From Squalus acanthias (lineage: Eukaryota), in assembly GCA_030390025.1 (NCBI GenBank), contig CM059432.1:125614001-125678000 (forward strand): a DNA stretch of 64,000 nt. Reading direction: 5' to 3'. The notes beneath the pieces are model-generated. The model ran no database searches and was not told the origin of the DNA. It saw only the letters and a program-made list of their open reading frames with translations. Both the position numbers and the translations under genes were made by a program. Of this stretch, positions 12,385 through 25,437 are shown piece by piece. Position 1 is the stretch's first letter; each line of letters starts with the position of its first letter.

Positions 12385-13905
12385 AGAGCCTGTCTTGAAT
12401 ATACTCAACAACTGAGCTTCCACAGCCCTCTGGGGTGGAGAATTCCAAAGATTCACCACCCTCTGAGTGAAGAAATTTCTCCTCATCTCAGTCCTAAATG
12501 GCCGACCCCTTATTCTGAGACTGTGACCCCTGGTTTTAGACTCCCCAGCCAGGGGAAACATCTTCCCTACATCTACCCTGTCAAGCCCTCTAAGAATTTT
12601 GTATGTTTCAATGAGATAACCTTTCATTCTTCTAAGCTCTAGAGAACATAGGCCTAGTCTACTCAATCTTTCCTCATAGGACAATCCCCCCATCCCAGGA
12701 ACCAGTCTGGTGAACCTTTGTTACACTCCCTCTATGGCAAGTATATCCTTCCTTCGGTAAGGAGACCAAAACTGTACACAATACTCCAGGTGTGGTCTCA
12801 CCAGGGCCCTATGTAATTGCAGTAAGATGTCTTCACTCTTATACTCAAATCCTCTTGTAATAAAGGCCAACATACCATTTGCTTTCCTAATTGCTTGCTG
12901 TACCTGCATGTTAACTTTCAGTGATTCGTGTACAAGGACACCCAGGTCCCTCTGAACAACAACATTTCCCAATCTCTCACCATTTAAAAAATACTCTGCT
13001 TTTCTATTTTTCCTACCAAAGTGGATAACTTCACATTTCTCCACATTATATCCCATTTGCCATGTACTTGCCCACTCACTTAGCTTGTCTATATCCCCTT
13101 GAAGCTTCCTTGCATTGTCCTCACAACTTACATTCTTGTGCACCAGTTGCTGAAGGTAAGCATGCAGGTGCAGCAGGCGGTTAAGAAGGCAAATGGTATG
13201 TTGGCCTTCATAGCGAGAGGATTCGAGTACAGGAGCAAGGATGTCTTGCTGCAGTTATACAGGGCCTTGGTGAGACCACACCTTGAGTATTGTGTGCAGT
13301 TTTAGTCGCCTTATCTGAGGAAGGATGTTCTTGCCATGGAGGGAGTGCAGCGAAGATTCACCAGACTGATACCTGGGATGGCAGGAATGACGTATGAAGA
13401 GAGATTGGGTCGATTGGGCTTGTATTCGCTAGAGTTTAGAAGAATGAGAGGGGATCTCATTGAAACTTATAAAATTCTAACAGTACTAGACAGACTAGAT
13501 GCAGGAAAGATGTTCCCGATGGCGGGGGAGTCCAGAACCAGGGGTCACAGTCTAAGGATAAGGGGTAAGCCATTTAGGACTGAGATGAGGAGGAATTTCT
13601 TCACCCCGAGAGTGGTGAACCTGTGGAATTCTCTACCACAGAAGGCAGTTGAGGCCAATTCATTAAATATATTCAAGAAGGAGTTAGATATATTTCTTAA
13701 GGCTAAAGGGATCAAGGGATATGGGGAGAAAGCAGGGACAGGGTACTGAATTTGGAGATCAGCCATGATCTCATTAAATGGTGGAATAGGCTCGAGGGGC
13801 CGAATGGCCTACTCTTGCTCCTATCTTCTATGTTTCTATTCACATCCCAGCTTTGTATCATCAGCAAACTTGGATATATTACATTTGGTCCCCTCATCCA
13901 AATTT
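12385..13905 (-). mobile_element. CR1 fragment interrupted by an opposite-strand CR1
   Basis: ORFs 12721-13143 and 12370-12693. FADD-region continuation at about 13840-13905. Confidence 0.85.
13134..13838 (+). mobile_element. CR1 3' fragment with 3' UTR and tail
   Basis: ORFs 13099-13305 and 13336-13749 (RRMRGDLIETYK, WNSLP). Tail ttctatgtttcta. Confidence 0.88.
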
Positions 13906-14199
13906 CAGATCATTAGAATCACTATATGCTAAATTTTGTAGTCCCATCACAGTGGCGTTGGTTCCATTGGCAAGTACATGAAATTTGTGGGCAAATCATT
14001 CAAATTGGACCTCTCGGTATCACAGCAATTACCATCCCTGCATGGATTGGGCGCTGCGCAGGAAGGTAGTTGCCGGGAAGCCATGCTATCTAATGCAGCA
14101 GTAGCTGTAAACTGCTGGTGTGCCTTAAAGGGACACTGACCAGTGTCTAATTGGTGTAACAATTGATTCATCAAATCCGTATGAACAGAGACATGGTTG

Positions 14200-14436
14200 A
14201 AGGAAGTGCAAGTGTTAAGGGCCGAGGGAGGGCCGTTGCCTATACAGACAAATACCTGCAGGTGATGCTGTGAGATGTGCAGCAAAGGAATTTTTCATCT
14301 GTGGATCTGAGGGCCACAATCCTCAGAAGACGTGAGAGATGTCACTGAGCAGCTCAGTGTGGTGTCCTTAGCGTGGAAGATGGCTACTCAAATCCAGAAC
14401 AAATTTCTACCCTCAAGAAATTGCCAAAGTAAGTCT
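14200..14436 (+). pseudogene. Very old Harbinger Myb exon-1 remnant
   Basis: DVTEQLSVVSLAWKMATQIQNKF...IAK followed by gtaagt, echoing WREVAQSVSSRSMVPRTHTQCRKKFNDL followed by gtgagt. Confidence 0.45.
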
Positions 14437-14624
14437 TCTCAGCATTTATTTGGAATTAGTAAAATGGTATGGCACGTCTGCAACAAGCAGTTTCACCTCA
14501 TGGAGCTGTACTTTGATTTTGTGTGCACATCTTTTTCATTTGGGAAAGCTAGCCGTACTCACATTATCACAAAATATTCCATATTGATGTGTGACACACC
14601 TTGCAACTCTCAAGAAAACCTTGG

Positions 14625-15522
14625 GAATTGAGTCAAGCCACCTTTGGGGCGCTAAAAGAATTAGCGCCCCCACGGCCGAAATTCACTGGTAGCGCCCCAA
14701 GAGGGAAGCGGGGTGCTACTGGAAGCGCCCCGCCTCCCTCTTGGGGCGCTGCGAGTGAATATCACGGTGTTACGTGCCGCAGCACCACGCTCTGCGGCAT
14801 GTCACGCCGCGGTACTGCAGGCCTTCCTCCCCTTCTTAAAGGGGAGGGTCCTTGTGCAGCGCGACCCGGGGCCCAGCCGGGCCACCAGGGATCGGAGTGC
14901 CGGCAAAAGAGCTTGGCACTCAAGAGAAGTGCCGGGCTCATGGAGCGCAGCCGGCACTCCGCGGGGGGTACTGAAGAGGAGGCCAGGGACGGCAACGGGG
15001 GCAGGTGCTGGCAGGCGGCCAGCAACAAAAATGGCCGCCCGGCACCTCCCCTTTAACAAATGCAAAATACTTGGATGCTGGAAATCTGAAATAAAAACAG
15101 AAAATGCTGGAAATACTCAGCAGGTCAGGCAGCATCTGTGGCGAGAGAAACAGGGTTAATGTTTCAGGTTGATGACCCTTCGTCAGAACTGGAAAAAGCT
15201 GGAAACTGGAACTGGAAAATTAAACCTTCCCTTTAATTTGCGCCACCCCGGCCACAGGTAGGCCCCCCTGACCCTGTCGGACATAGTGTCTGGCGGTAAA
15301 TCAGGGGGCGCTACCGAAGATCACAGCCAGGGCGCGAGCGGGGCGCTGCGCACGGCGATGACGTTATCACCGGGGCGCTAACGGTTACCGCCGCTGCTAA
15401 CCTCCCGCTGAATTTCACGGGAGGTGTTGGCGGTGCTGCGCCCGGGCACTAGTTGCTTTGCGCCCCATTAGCGCCCTCTTAGGGTGCTAACGGGAGGTGC
15501 AAAGCAACCAAATTTTTAGGCC
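14625..15522 (+). mobile_element. Non-autonomous Harbinger (MITE-like) related to copy 2; left end uncertain
   Basis: Right end (gcgccccattagcgccctctta...aaatttttaggcc) matches 48570-48656. Many ggcgctaa/ttagcgcc motifs. Confidence 0.75.
15057..15224 (-). mobile_element. Solo Penelope pLTR with hammerhead motif, inserted in a MITE
   Basis: pLTR sequence. 13-bp TSD acctcccctttaa (15044-15056) / accttccctttaa (15225-15237). Confidence 0.8.
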
Positions 15523-17039
15523 AATATCTTGTAGCTCACTTATCAGAAAATTTAGGCCTACAAGCAGTTCCATCAACAGCAACTTTATGCTCCATACTCA
15601 TGGTCTCAGTTATGTTTTGGAAGGCGGGTTGGGTGGGGGGGCAGGGGGGCACAGGCACCACTATTTGCTCTTCAATAAATTGTTTTTCATTGTGGAGAAC
15701 ATAAGCTATAACTTAACTCAAACCTAACCAAACTCAAAGAAATGATCCTAGAAAGAATGTAGGGAATCAGTAAACATCCTGCAGGAAGCTATCATGCCTC
15801 TGCAGACTAGTATTGATCAGTGATGCTTATTATATCTTCCTCATATCTTTCAAATACTCAAGCACGCTGTCATTCATTAACTTAGGATGCACCTAAGTTC
15901 TAATTGAATGGCAGTTCAATCCATGTATTAGCAAGATTTTGTAGAATAAATGTGACTAAACAAAAGTAACAATTCCAAACTTTAAACTTCTACAACGTTT
16001 CCTATAAAAACACAAAACAACAAAAACACTTGACGCTATCCCAAATAATGGATAGAATATTCACTTTTTCTTTTATTTCCTTTCTGCTCAACTTCGAGCT
16101 GGGAAGATCAACCTGCTGCACGTTAAATCCCAGCTCAGGTCAAGATCTGCCTTCTCTCAGCCTTTCGTTAGACCTGACTGACCCGAAACTTGGGTTTTTC
16201 TCTACTTTTTGTTAATTCTGACCTCAGGAAGGAAGCCTTACCAGCTGACCTTGGCAACTACCCATGCTGAGCTCAAATGAATTGAGTCATCTCAACCAGA
16301 ATGGGTGTGAATGATCACTGAAACGTTCAAACTGATTTCTCAAGCACGCTGGTTCGGACAACCCCGTCTGAATCTTAATCCACATCTCGCAGCCCTGCTG
16401 CCCTTTAAAATTAACCCTTTGCGAGATACTTTTGAGTCAATAGTAGCATTTGTAGCATGTATTACACCAAGTTCCTCCCATGACAGAAATGCCAAAACAT
16501 GATGCGACATTAAGTACAGATGGGCAAAAAAATTCAGCAGGTCAAACCCCCATCCCCAAACATGCCAACCTAGAAAAGCTGACCAGCAAAAGCTGACCAA
16601 CATCTTCAAAAAAGTTGACCCAGTCTCCAAAAAGCTGACCACTTAAGAAGGGCCCTGATTAGAAGACTATGACCTGTGCAAACAAATAGTTACACTTTCT
16701 TTGTAACTTACGCTGTAGGTATACCCAACATTGCTTCACTTGTTTTGGAGAACAATACATAAGTCCATGAAAGCCGGCAGGGGGAAATCCAAATGTTTAT
16801 GGCATAAAATTGGTGGTGCATTTCTGGGGGTGGGGCGGAGGGGCGGTGCGGGAGGATTTCGAGGGTAAGCTCACCTAGAAAATTTACATTAACATTTTCT
16901 GGGAGAGGCAAAAAAATCAGATCAAAAACCCAAGGCCAGTTAGGGAAAAAATCTGTAAGATGTCTCTCCAATCCCTCTAAGCGATCAAAACTGGTCCAGG
17001 AGACCACGTTGACTATGACTTATATTATTTGGTACCTAC

Positions 17040-17395
17040 CTTGTATGGTACGATCTCCGTCCCAGCCAAGAACCGGTCCAGCCCTCTCTTGAAGGTACAC
17101 AGCAAGTCATCAGCACTCACCGCACAAGCCGGCAGTCTGTTCTCTGGGAAAAGAAGAACCGTCTAACAATTAACTTATTTCTTCCCAGTGCGTAATTTAT
17201 ACGCATGACCCCATGTCATTTGTCAGCTAGTTGCTTCATTATTTTATAGACCTCAATCAAATTGTTCCTGAGTCTACACTTCTCCATAGTATATAGAACT
17301 AGCTCCTTAAGCCTCTCTGGGTAGTTATTTTAAACTGGGAATCATTCTTTTGGCCCTCCTCTGAACTTTTTCTAAAGCCTCAATATCACCCACAA
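17040..17395 (-). mobile_element. Ancient CR1 3' fragment
   Basis: Minus strand reads GDIEALEKVQRRAKRMIP and TFKRGLDRFL. Confidence 0.6.
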
Positions 17396-18134
17396 TGTGA
17401 GGAGTTTAGAATTGGCATTGACATCCATTCCCCCCTTCCCTCTCCCCTCAATTCAACCTGGTAGACTTCTCCTCCTCCAATCCAGTTCAAGTTGCTACTC
17501 TTCTTCCAGTCTCACTGCCATCGGCCTTTGTCCCCTCCTGCAGCGCTTCATTGCCATCCATCCCCATTCTCTCTCCCCTTCATTGTAATGCATTTCTTCC
17601 TTCCATTCCTTCTCTCTTCAGCACCACTCCTATCCCCTCCCCAAACACTGCTGCCATGGATACATACTTTAGGCAGGAATTCCTGTTCTTGTTAGAATTC
17701 CTGTTTACATAATGCAATAGCCAGAGTTACTTCTATAGCTGTAGTAAGGCTCAAGTAGGAGCAGCAGTAAAGTGAAGGGCCCAGTCTGCGATGATTTTAT
17801 TAGCAGATGTTGACATGTGGATCTTGCCCTCAAAAGACTGTCGGTGGTTGGCATGCATGCATGCACTCTCTTTGAAAAGGCTGAGAGACAGTGCATAATG
17901 TGGGTGATATACAACTGGTGGAAAGAAACATGTTCCTGATTGTATAACTAAAACTGCAATTGTGTATCAGCTGGTGTGAGGCAATGACTGCTGCACTGCA
18001 AAGTGTGCCTCTTGTCTCCACAGCAACAATATTACTACGCACATGTGCTTATCATGTACCCATTTCTTCTTGTTACAGACAAACAGAACTGCAAGTCTCG
18101 CAGCAGCAAGTCTCGCAGCAGCACTCAGTGTCAT

Positions 18135-19580
18135 CTGATAGGAACCTCAGGAGCAGGAGTGGGCCATTCAGCCCCTCGGTCCTGCTCCTCCATTCAGCCC
18201 CTCGGGCCTGCTCCGCCATTCGGCCCCTCGGGCCTGCTCCTCCATTCAGCCCCTCGGGCCTGCTCCTCCATTCGGCACCTCGGGCCTGCTCCTCCATTCG
18301 GCACCTCGGGCCTGCTCCGCCATTCAGCCCCTCGGGCCTGCTCCGCCATTCAGCCCCTCGGGCCTGCTCCTCCATTCAGCCCCTCGGGCCTGCTCCTCCA
18401 TTCGGCACCTCGGGCCTGCTCCTCCATTCAGCCCCTCGGGCCTGCTCCTCCATTCGGCACCTCGGGCCTGCTCCGCCATTCAGCCCCTCGGGCCTGCTCC
18501 GCCATTCAGCCCCTCGGGCCTGCTCCTCCATTCAGCCCCTCGGGCCTGCTCCTCCATTCAGCCCCTCGGGCCTGCTCCTCCATTCGGCACCTCGGGCCTG
18601 CTCCGCCATTCAGCCCCTCGGGCCTGCTCCGCCATTCAGCCCCTCGGGCCTGCTCCTTCATTCAGCCCCTCAGGCCTGCTCCGCCATTCGGCCCCTCGGG
18701 CTTGCTCCGCCATTCAGCCTCTCGGGCCTACTCCGCCATTCAGCCCCTCGGGCCTGCTCCTCCATTCAGCCTTTCGGGCCTGCTCCGCCATTCAGCCCCT
18801 CGGGCCTGCTCCTCCATTCAGCCCCTCGGGCCTGCTCCTCCATTCAGCCCCTCGGGCCTGCTCCTCCATTCAGCCCCTCGGGCCTGCTCCTCCATTCAGC
18901 CCCTCGGGCCTGCTCCTCCATTCAGCCCCTCGGGCCTGCTCCTCCATTCGGCCCCTCGGGCCTGCTCCGCCATTCGGCCCCTCGGGCCTGCTCCTCCATT
19001 CAGCCCCTCGGGCCTGCTCCGCCATTCAGCCCCTCGGGCCTGCTCCTCCATTCAGCCCCTCGGGCCTGCTCCTCCATTCAGCCCCTCGGGCCTGCTCCTC
19101 CATTCAGCCCCTCGGGCCTGCTCCTCCATTCGGCCCCTCGGGCCTGCTCCGCCATTCAGTTAGATCATGGCTGATCTGCACATCAAATTCCCGCCTTTGC
19201 GCCATATCCCTTGATACCCTTACCTAACAAAAATCTATCCATCTCAGTCTTGAAAGCTCCAAGTGACTCAGCATCCACAGCCTTTTGGTTCCAAATTTCT
19301 ACTGCCCTTTGAGTGAAAAAGTGCTTCCTGATTTCGGTCTTGAATGGCTCAGCTCTAATTTTAGGATTATGACCCCTTATTCTTGATTTCCCCCACCAGA
19401 AGAAATAGTTTCTCCGTATCAACCCTATCAATATCCTATTAACATTTTAAACACCTCGATCGGATCACCCCTCAATCTCCTAGACAAGGAAATACAAGCC
19501 AAGTGTAAGCAACCTGTCTTCATAATTTAACACTTAAACCCTGGTATCATTCTGGTGAAACTGCACTGCACCCCTTCAAA
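18135..19580 (-). mobile_element. CR1 3' end containing an expanded minisatellite
   Basis: ORF 19183-19431 (FFTQRAVEIWN, FKTEMDRFL), followed by the CR1 3' UTR. Confidence 0.8.
18166..19158. repeat. 26-bp minisatellite, about 38 copies (cattcagcccctcgggcctgctcc[t/g]c)
   Basis: Directly visible tandem array with a few variant units. Confidence 0.97.
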
Positions 19581-19609
19581 TCCAGGAGTGTGGTTGAGTG
19601 TATACATAA

Positions 19610-20080
19610 AATTAATAGGATTACATAGGATATACAGCATAGAAACAGGCCATTCGGCCCAACCAGTCCATGCCGGCGTTTATGCTCCACTCGAGCCTCC
19701 TCCTGTCTTTCTTCATCTAAATCGATCAGCATAACTCTCTATTCCCTTCTCCCTCATATGCTTATCTAGCCTCCCCTTAAATGCATCTATACTATTCGCT
19801 TCAACCACTCCCTGTGGTAGCGAGTTCCACATTCTCACCACCCTCTGGGTAAAGAAGTTACTTCTGAATTCCCTATTTGATATCTTATATTGATGGCCAC
19901 TAGTTTTGCTCTTCCCCACAAGTGGAAACATTCTCTCTGTATTCACTCTATCAAAACCTTTCATAATTTTAATCATCAGGTCACCCCTCAGCCTTCTCTT
20001 TTCAAGAGAAAGGAGACCCAGGCTGTTCACCCTTTCCTGATAGGTATAGCCTCACAATTCTGGTATCATCCTTGTAAATC
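19610..20080 (-). mobile_element. CR1 3' fragment
   Basis: ORF 19713-20030 (RRLRGDL, WNSLP) plus tail. Same subfamily as 31636-32258. Confidence 0.85.
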
Positions 20081-20501
20081 TTATGCAGTATATGTGTACT
20101 GCGTTTCCCACTATAAAACTTTGAAGCAAGTGTATAATCGTTTTTTGGCTGCTGTAAATGCCAACATATGCTTATATTGGTCACCTGACCAACAAACTCT
20201 TCCCCTGCTGCTGAAGAAAGATAGCAGCACGATGACAGTGCAGTTAGAGAGTCGCCAACAGTGGAAGAGATGTGAAAATCAGGAGTTCAAGAAGTATAGT
20301 CAGCTTTTGCTGTAACTAACATGGAGGTCTCTCTCACAGAAAATCACAAACTAGAATCCTAACTAAAACTAATTTTTAATGCTGCATGGCGAGTGCTTAT
20401 GCCCAGGCTATAATCACCAGAAAGAATACATCAGCAGTAATTTAAAGAAGATATCTACTAATCATAAAATTGCAATGAAATACAACTTGCTAATGATTAA
20501 T

Positions 20502-20915
20502 GGGCCGGAATTTGCGGTGGGTAATAACGCGAACTAACAGCGTTCGCTGTTATTACCTACTTTGAAACTGACCGCACCTTCAGGATGTAACGCATGCGCA
20601 TCAAGACGCAGAAATCCTGACATTGCGGTCAGTCATTCACTGCTCCGACACTGGCTGCGCTGTGGCCCCCCCCCCCCCCCCCCCCATAGCTGACAATCAG
20701 TGAAATCAGTGAAACTGACAAAATCTTGGGCTTTTCCGCGGTAATATCGCTGTTAAATAGCCCATTAAAAGTTAGGCCTTGTTGGATTAGGTGTAACTAG
20801 GGTTTTATTAGCGCATTGACTGCTAAACACGCGTTATGGCCCTGAAAAACTCATTTTAATTTTGTGGAGTGTCAAATTTCTCCATAATGATAAAAATTAC
20901 AATTTTTAAGAAACT
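20502..20915 (-). mobile_element. Partial Harbinger MITE, same family as 51830-52611
   Basis: TIR gggccggaatttgcgg. Aligns by eye with the reverse complement of about 52200-52611. Confidence 0.75.
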
Positions 20916-20917
20916 TT

Positions 20918-22451
20918 GGCTGGAATTTTCCCATTAAAAAATATGATGGGTTTGGAGCTTGGGGGCAGTTACATTGTTAAAAATGGGATTCCCAACCTGA
21001 TCCCGCCTACTTCCGGTTTTAACGGTGGCGGGGGGGGGGGGGGGGGCGGGTCCACCAGCCCGCTCCCAGGGGGCGGAACGGCAATTTAAATATTATAATA
21101 AGGCTGGAAGCCTCTTTTTTCACCTCCATTTTGTTTTTAACTGCATGTGGACAGGTTTCACATAATTCGTGAAACCCGGCAGTGAAACCGAGCGGGGACT
21201 GCTGCATCCAGGAGGTAAGTGGCTTTATACCAACCTCCTGGATCCAGGGTCCCTACCAAACCCACCACCCCGTGATCGGAGACCCCACCACGAGGCCTCC
21301 GATCCCCACCATGAGGCCTAACCCCCACCCCACCGATGATGCTGAGGTTTGCCACAATCCCCCGGTGGCCGGCCACGATCCTCTCTCCCACCCAGCTGAT
21401 CCCCCGCCGACCCTCCTTGCCAATCCCCAACCCCCCCCCCCCCATCCCCAAAAATCCCCTCCTGCAATCCCCGATCCTCCCCTCCCGCGATCCCCGACCG
21501 AGCCAGCCCATCCCCGATCCCCCCCCACCCACCGCGATCCCTCCCCCGGACCATCCCCTTGCTCCCTCTCCGCATTTGCATGCCTACCCGCCCGGAGCCA
21601 GCCAGCCTCTCAATCTGGCTGGCTACGGGTGGGAATCCGAGGCCTCACATGCAAATCAGGCCCTGCCGTTAAAGTCATGTTGAGGAAGCTCATCCTCTGC
21701 CTGTATACCCTGTGTTGGGGGTATCGCCTCTGGCGTGATGCAGCCCTGTGCTGACCCCCCTCTCTCCTGTGGAGCATCAGGTCATTGAGGAGAAGGCTGG
21801 TGTTGTGGCTGCTGCTGCTGGTGTGGCCTGTGTTATTGGTGCTGGGGCTCATCTTGGTCTGATTCTGAGGTTGAAGGTGAGACAGCACAAGCGGCACCAA
21901 TGCTGATGTAATAGATGGCAATTAAAGTGGAGATCAGAGGCCCAATCCCTCAGTGTTGTGATTGTGACGAGCAATGTGGTGAGAGTGGCTTCCGAGGTTG
22001 CAGAAATGACCTGCAAACTGCTGACAGCTAAATCGCTGCACAAAGTGGAGTCAGCCAGAGCCTTTCCATTAGACAAGTAATCAGGTGTAATGTGGGAGTA
22101 TTTATGTGTTTTTCCCAGCTGTCAATTGATGGACTCGCACAATAGCAACGGAGGTTCCGGCTCCCCTTCACAGGCGAGGTTCCCAAGGGGCGAGAATCCT
22201 GTGCTCAAGAAGTTAAAGCCAAAAGCTGCTGTTAAAAAGCCTCTTAAGGGTCTCTCAACAAGCATTTAAGTACTTCAATGTGGTCGGCCAGCTCTGCCAA
22301 GTGGGTCCATGGCGCGCTGGGAAACGCGCCCGAGTTAAATGCAGAAGTCGGCAGGATGGTGGCGGGTCCCCGACGTGCTGGCAATTTCTGCGATTTTTAC
22401 TGCTGACCCTGCCCCCAAACCCGCACGCTAGGGACTGGGAAAATTCTGACC
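20918..22451 (-). mobile_element. Internally deleted Harbinger retaining the transposase 5' end
   Basis: TIRs ggctggaattttccc / ggtcagaattttccc. The minus strand at about 21675-21780 reads RQRRYPQHRVYRQRMSFLNM (compare RRAYPPRVYREQLSYIHM). TSD not clean. Confidence 0.65.
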
Positions 22452-22659
22452 CTGTTGTTTACTTTATGGTAAGTGGAGAGGCTTCCAAATACAAATTGTT
22501 AGCTCCCTTCTGGTGGGGTGTGCCTGCCTCTAGTGGCAAAAGTGCTAAAAGGTTCATGCCACTGATCTCTGCTGTGCTGTCAGCGGGAAATAAATTGGAA
22601 GGTGTTCAGATTTCCTGTGCATATGGCAGGTGAGAAACAGGATGAAGTTTGACTATGCT

Positions 22660-23700
22660 ACAACAACAACAAGAACAAGCATTGATATAGGGCCGTAATT
22701 TGCGGCCCCCTACGGGTGTGTACGAGATGCGCACGCGCCCGTAGGGGCCACACAAATTCCAGGTTTTTGCGTGCGAAGCGCATGCGCTAAAACCCAGAAC
22801 TTGCGATCTGTCAAGAATTTTGACAGAAATTCCGCATCCCCGGGAAAAGGGCATCCACAGGCGGAGAGTTGCGCTATTTGCCCAACTTCTGCCCAGCGAA
22901 TGCCCGTGAAATTCTTACGCCTGGTAAAAGCAGGGGAAGCCTTCGACCGCAAATTCAGGGCCATAGCATCTTCAACGTGGTAAAACGTCCCGAAGCACTT
23001 CACAGGGGCGTTATCAAATGAAATTGACACCGAGTCACATAAGGAGATCTTAGGACAGGTGACTAAAAGCTTGGTCAAAGAGGTAGGTTGTAAGGAGCAT
23101 CTTAAAGGCGGAAAGGGAAGTGGAGAGGCGGAGAGATTTAGGGAGGGAATTCCAGAGCTTAGGGCCTAGGCAACAGAAGGCACGGCCACCAATGGTTGAG
23201 TGATTATAATCAGAGATGCTCAAGAGGGCAGAATTAGAGGAGCGCAGATATCTTGGATTGTTGTAGGGCTGGAGGAGGTTACAGAGATAGGGAGGGGTGA
23301 GGCCATGGAGGGATTTGAAAACAAGGATGAGAATTTTAAAATCGAGGCCTTGCTTAACCGAGAGCCAATATGGGTCAGCGAGCACAGGGGTGACGGGTGA
23401 ACGGGACTTGGTTCGAGTTGGGATATGGGTAGCAGAATTTTGGATGAGCTGAAGTTTACGGTGCAAGGTGGGAGGCTGGCCAGGAGAGCATTGGAATAGT
23501 CAAGTCTAGAGGTAACAAAGGCTTGGATGAGGGTTTCAGCAGCAGATGAGCTGAGACAAGGGTGGAGACGGGCGATGTTACGGCGATGGAAGTTACTTGG
23601 TGATGGAGAGGATATGGGGTACTGAAGCTCAGCTCGGTCATGTACAATGCCAAGGCTGTAAACGGTCCAGCTCAGCCTCAGACAGCGGCCATGGAAAGGG
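22660..23700 (-). mobile_element. L2 LINE 3' end
   Basis: AFVTSRLDYSNALL, KLQLIQNSA, GGRAF...PKLWNSLP. Tail (ttg)n. Confidence 0.85.
22690..22962. mobile_element. Harbinger MITE, 273 bp
   Basis: TIRs gggccgtaatttgcgg / ggccctgaatttgcgg, ATA TSD. Interrupts the L2 tail. Confidence 0.85.
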
Positions 23701-23899
23701 TTGGAGTTTGGAGAATCAAGTCTGGAAACGGCTTTTGTGTGATTGGCTCCACCCCTACCCCCTACGGCTTTCACAAGCAAGATTTGATTAACCCCGTATT
23801 TCTGTTTGCCAGACTGAATTGCTGGATGTAAGACACGCTGCATTAGTTTGTGTAAAGAATCAGCGGCGTGGCTCGAAGCAATACCCATGCATGCTCACT

Positions 23900-24540
23900 A
23901 CCACAAAAGTTCTTGTGGAACAAGTGATCGATAGTGACAATGGAGCATCATCTGTGGGCCAGGTCATGAAAGAAATCTGCTCCATGTTAGGGGTGGAACA
24001 GAAATTCCACATCCCATACCATCCGCAAACGTCAGGCTTGGTGAAAAGAACAAATAGAACGGTTAAGACTATGTTGAAGAAGGTAGTCAGTGAGACTGAA
24101 TGAGACTGTGGAGTCTAGAACCATGGTCAAAGTCTCAGAATAAAGGGTCGGCCATTTAGGACTGAGATGAGGAGAAATTTCTTCACTCAAAGGGTTGTGA
24201 ATCTCTGGAAATCTCTACCACAGAGGGCTGTGAATGTTCAGTCATTGAGTATATTTAAGCAGAGATCGAGAGATTTTTGGATACTCAGGAAACCAAAGGA
24301 TATGGGGATAGTGCGGGAAGGTGGATTTGAGGTAGAAGATCAGCCATGATCTTACTGAGTGGCGGAACAGGCTCGCAGGGCCGAATGGCCTACTCCAGCT
24401 CTTATTTCTTGTGTTCTTATGACTGGGATCTTAAGGTACCTCTGATTTTGATGGCAAGTAGAGGAACTGTGTCTAAAAGTACTGAAGTAACTAACGCTTT
24501 TTGAAGCCATGACAAGTCATGAAAATGCGTCTGATGACGG
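23900..24540 (+). pseudogene. Retroviral/Gypsy-type integrase core remnant, split by a CR1 3' end
   Basis: VIDSDNG...QKFHIPYHPQTSGLVKRTNRTVKTML, resuming at 24421 as DWDLKVPLILMASR...ST. Confidence 0.8.
24109..24420 (+). mobile_element. Short CR1 3' end
   Basis: MRRNFFTQRVVNLW plus 3' UTR, flanked by gactg on both sides. Confidence 0.85.
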
Positions 24541-25073
24541 ATATATTAAAGCAAACCATTGCCACTGAAACCTTCCGAGGGCACCGACCATTGAAAGGCC
24601 TATCATTTTCAGCTCATGAATTTCGAACATGTATGGAGAGTTATTTCTTTTTAGATTGAAAGGATGGTTTGGGTGTGCCTTGCTGCTCTGATAGGTTTGT
24701 TGTAACCAGTCACGAAAGGGGTACCAGAGTACCTGAATACTTCTCTTACCAATGACAATTGGCGGTGCAACGCAGCACGATATTTAGCTAGCAGGATCAT
24801 GCTTTAAAACTTTAAATTTTCCATATTTGGGGCCACGACATGAAGGCGAATATTGGTGTGAGCCTGTTCCATTACACGTGGCATGCAAGATTGATGAAGT
24901 AATGACTGTCAATTGTGGCAATTCATAGAATCATAGCAATTTACGGCACAGAAGGAGGCCATTCGGCCCATCGTATCTTGCCAGCCGAAAAAGAGCTATC
25001 CACCCTAATCCCACTTTCCAGCTCTTGGTCCATAGCCCTGTAGGTTACGGCACTTCAAGTGCATATCCAATTA

Positions 25074-25437
25074 CAGGAAACTCTTTATTAACCGGCACCG
25101 ACGGGACCGGCGTGGTGCCGGTTAATCAAAAAGTCCGGATAATGGAGAGTTATATCTCCCAACGTACGAGAGCCCCGTACACATTGACATGCGCCTGCAT
25201 TCGGAGCTCCGTCTCCCCGGGAACCGCCAGCTGACCATCTGTCGTGTCCGCTGCCTACCCGGGCTGCACATTCCCCTCCCAATCTACACGCTCCGATACA
25301 AGGCAAACGCCTCGGGGTTTTTTTTAAAGTTAATTTTAAACGAGAGATGAAGGAAAACCCCGGTTACCTACTCAAGAATTTTGCCGGTTAAGAGAGATTT
25401 CCGGATATTTGGGTGCCGGTTAATAAAGAGTTTCCTG
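25074..25437. mobile_element. Tc1/mariner (Tigger/pogo-like) MITE, 364 bp
   Basis: Perfect 26-bp TIR caggaaactctttattaaccggcacc, TA TSD (25072-25073, 25438-25439). Confidence 0.9.

Noticed and set aside
17960..19174. 404-aa and 386-aa repetitive ORFs; CRISPR-like appearance
   Set aside because: These are translations of a stop-free 26-bp minisatellite. There are no unique spacers and no cas genes, and the context is eukaryotic.
20140..20320. Possible host exon in unique-looking sequence (also 17700-18130)
   Set aside because: No recognisable protein motif or consistent splice pair.
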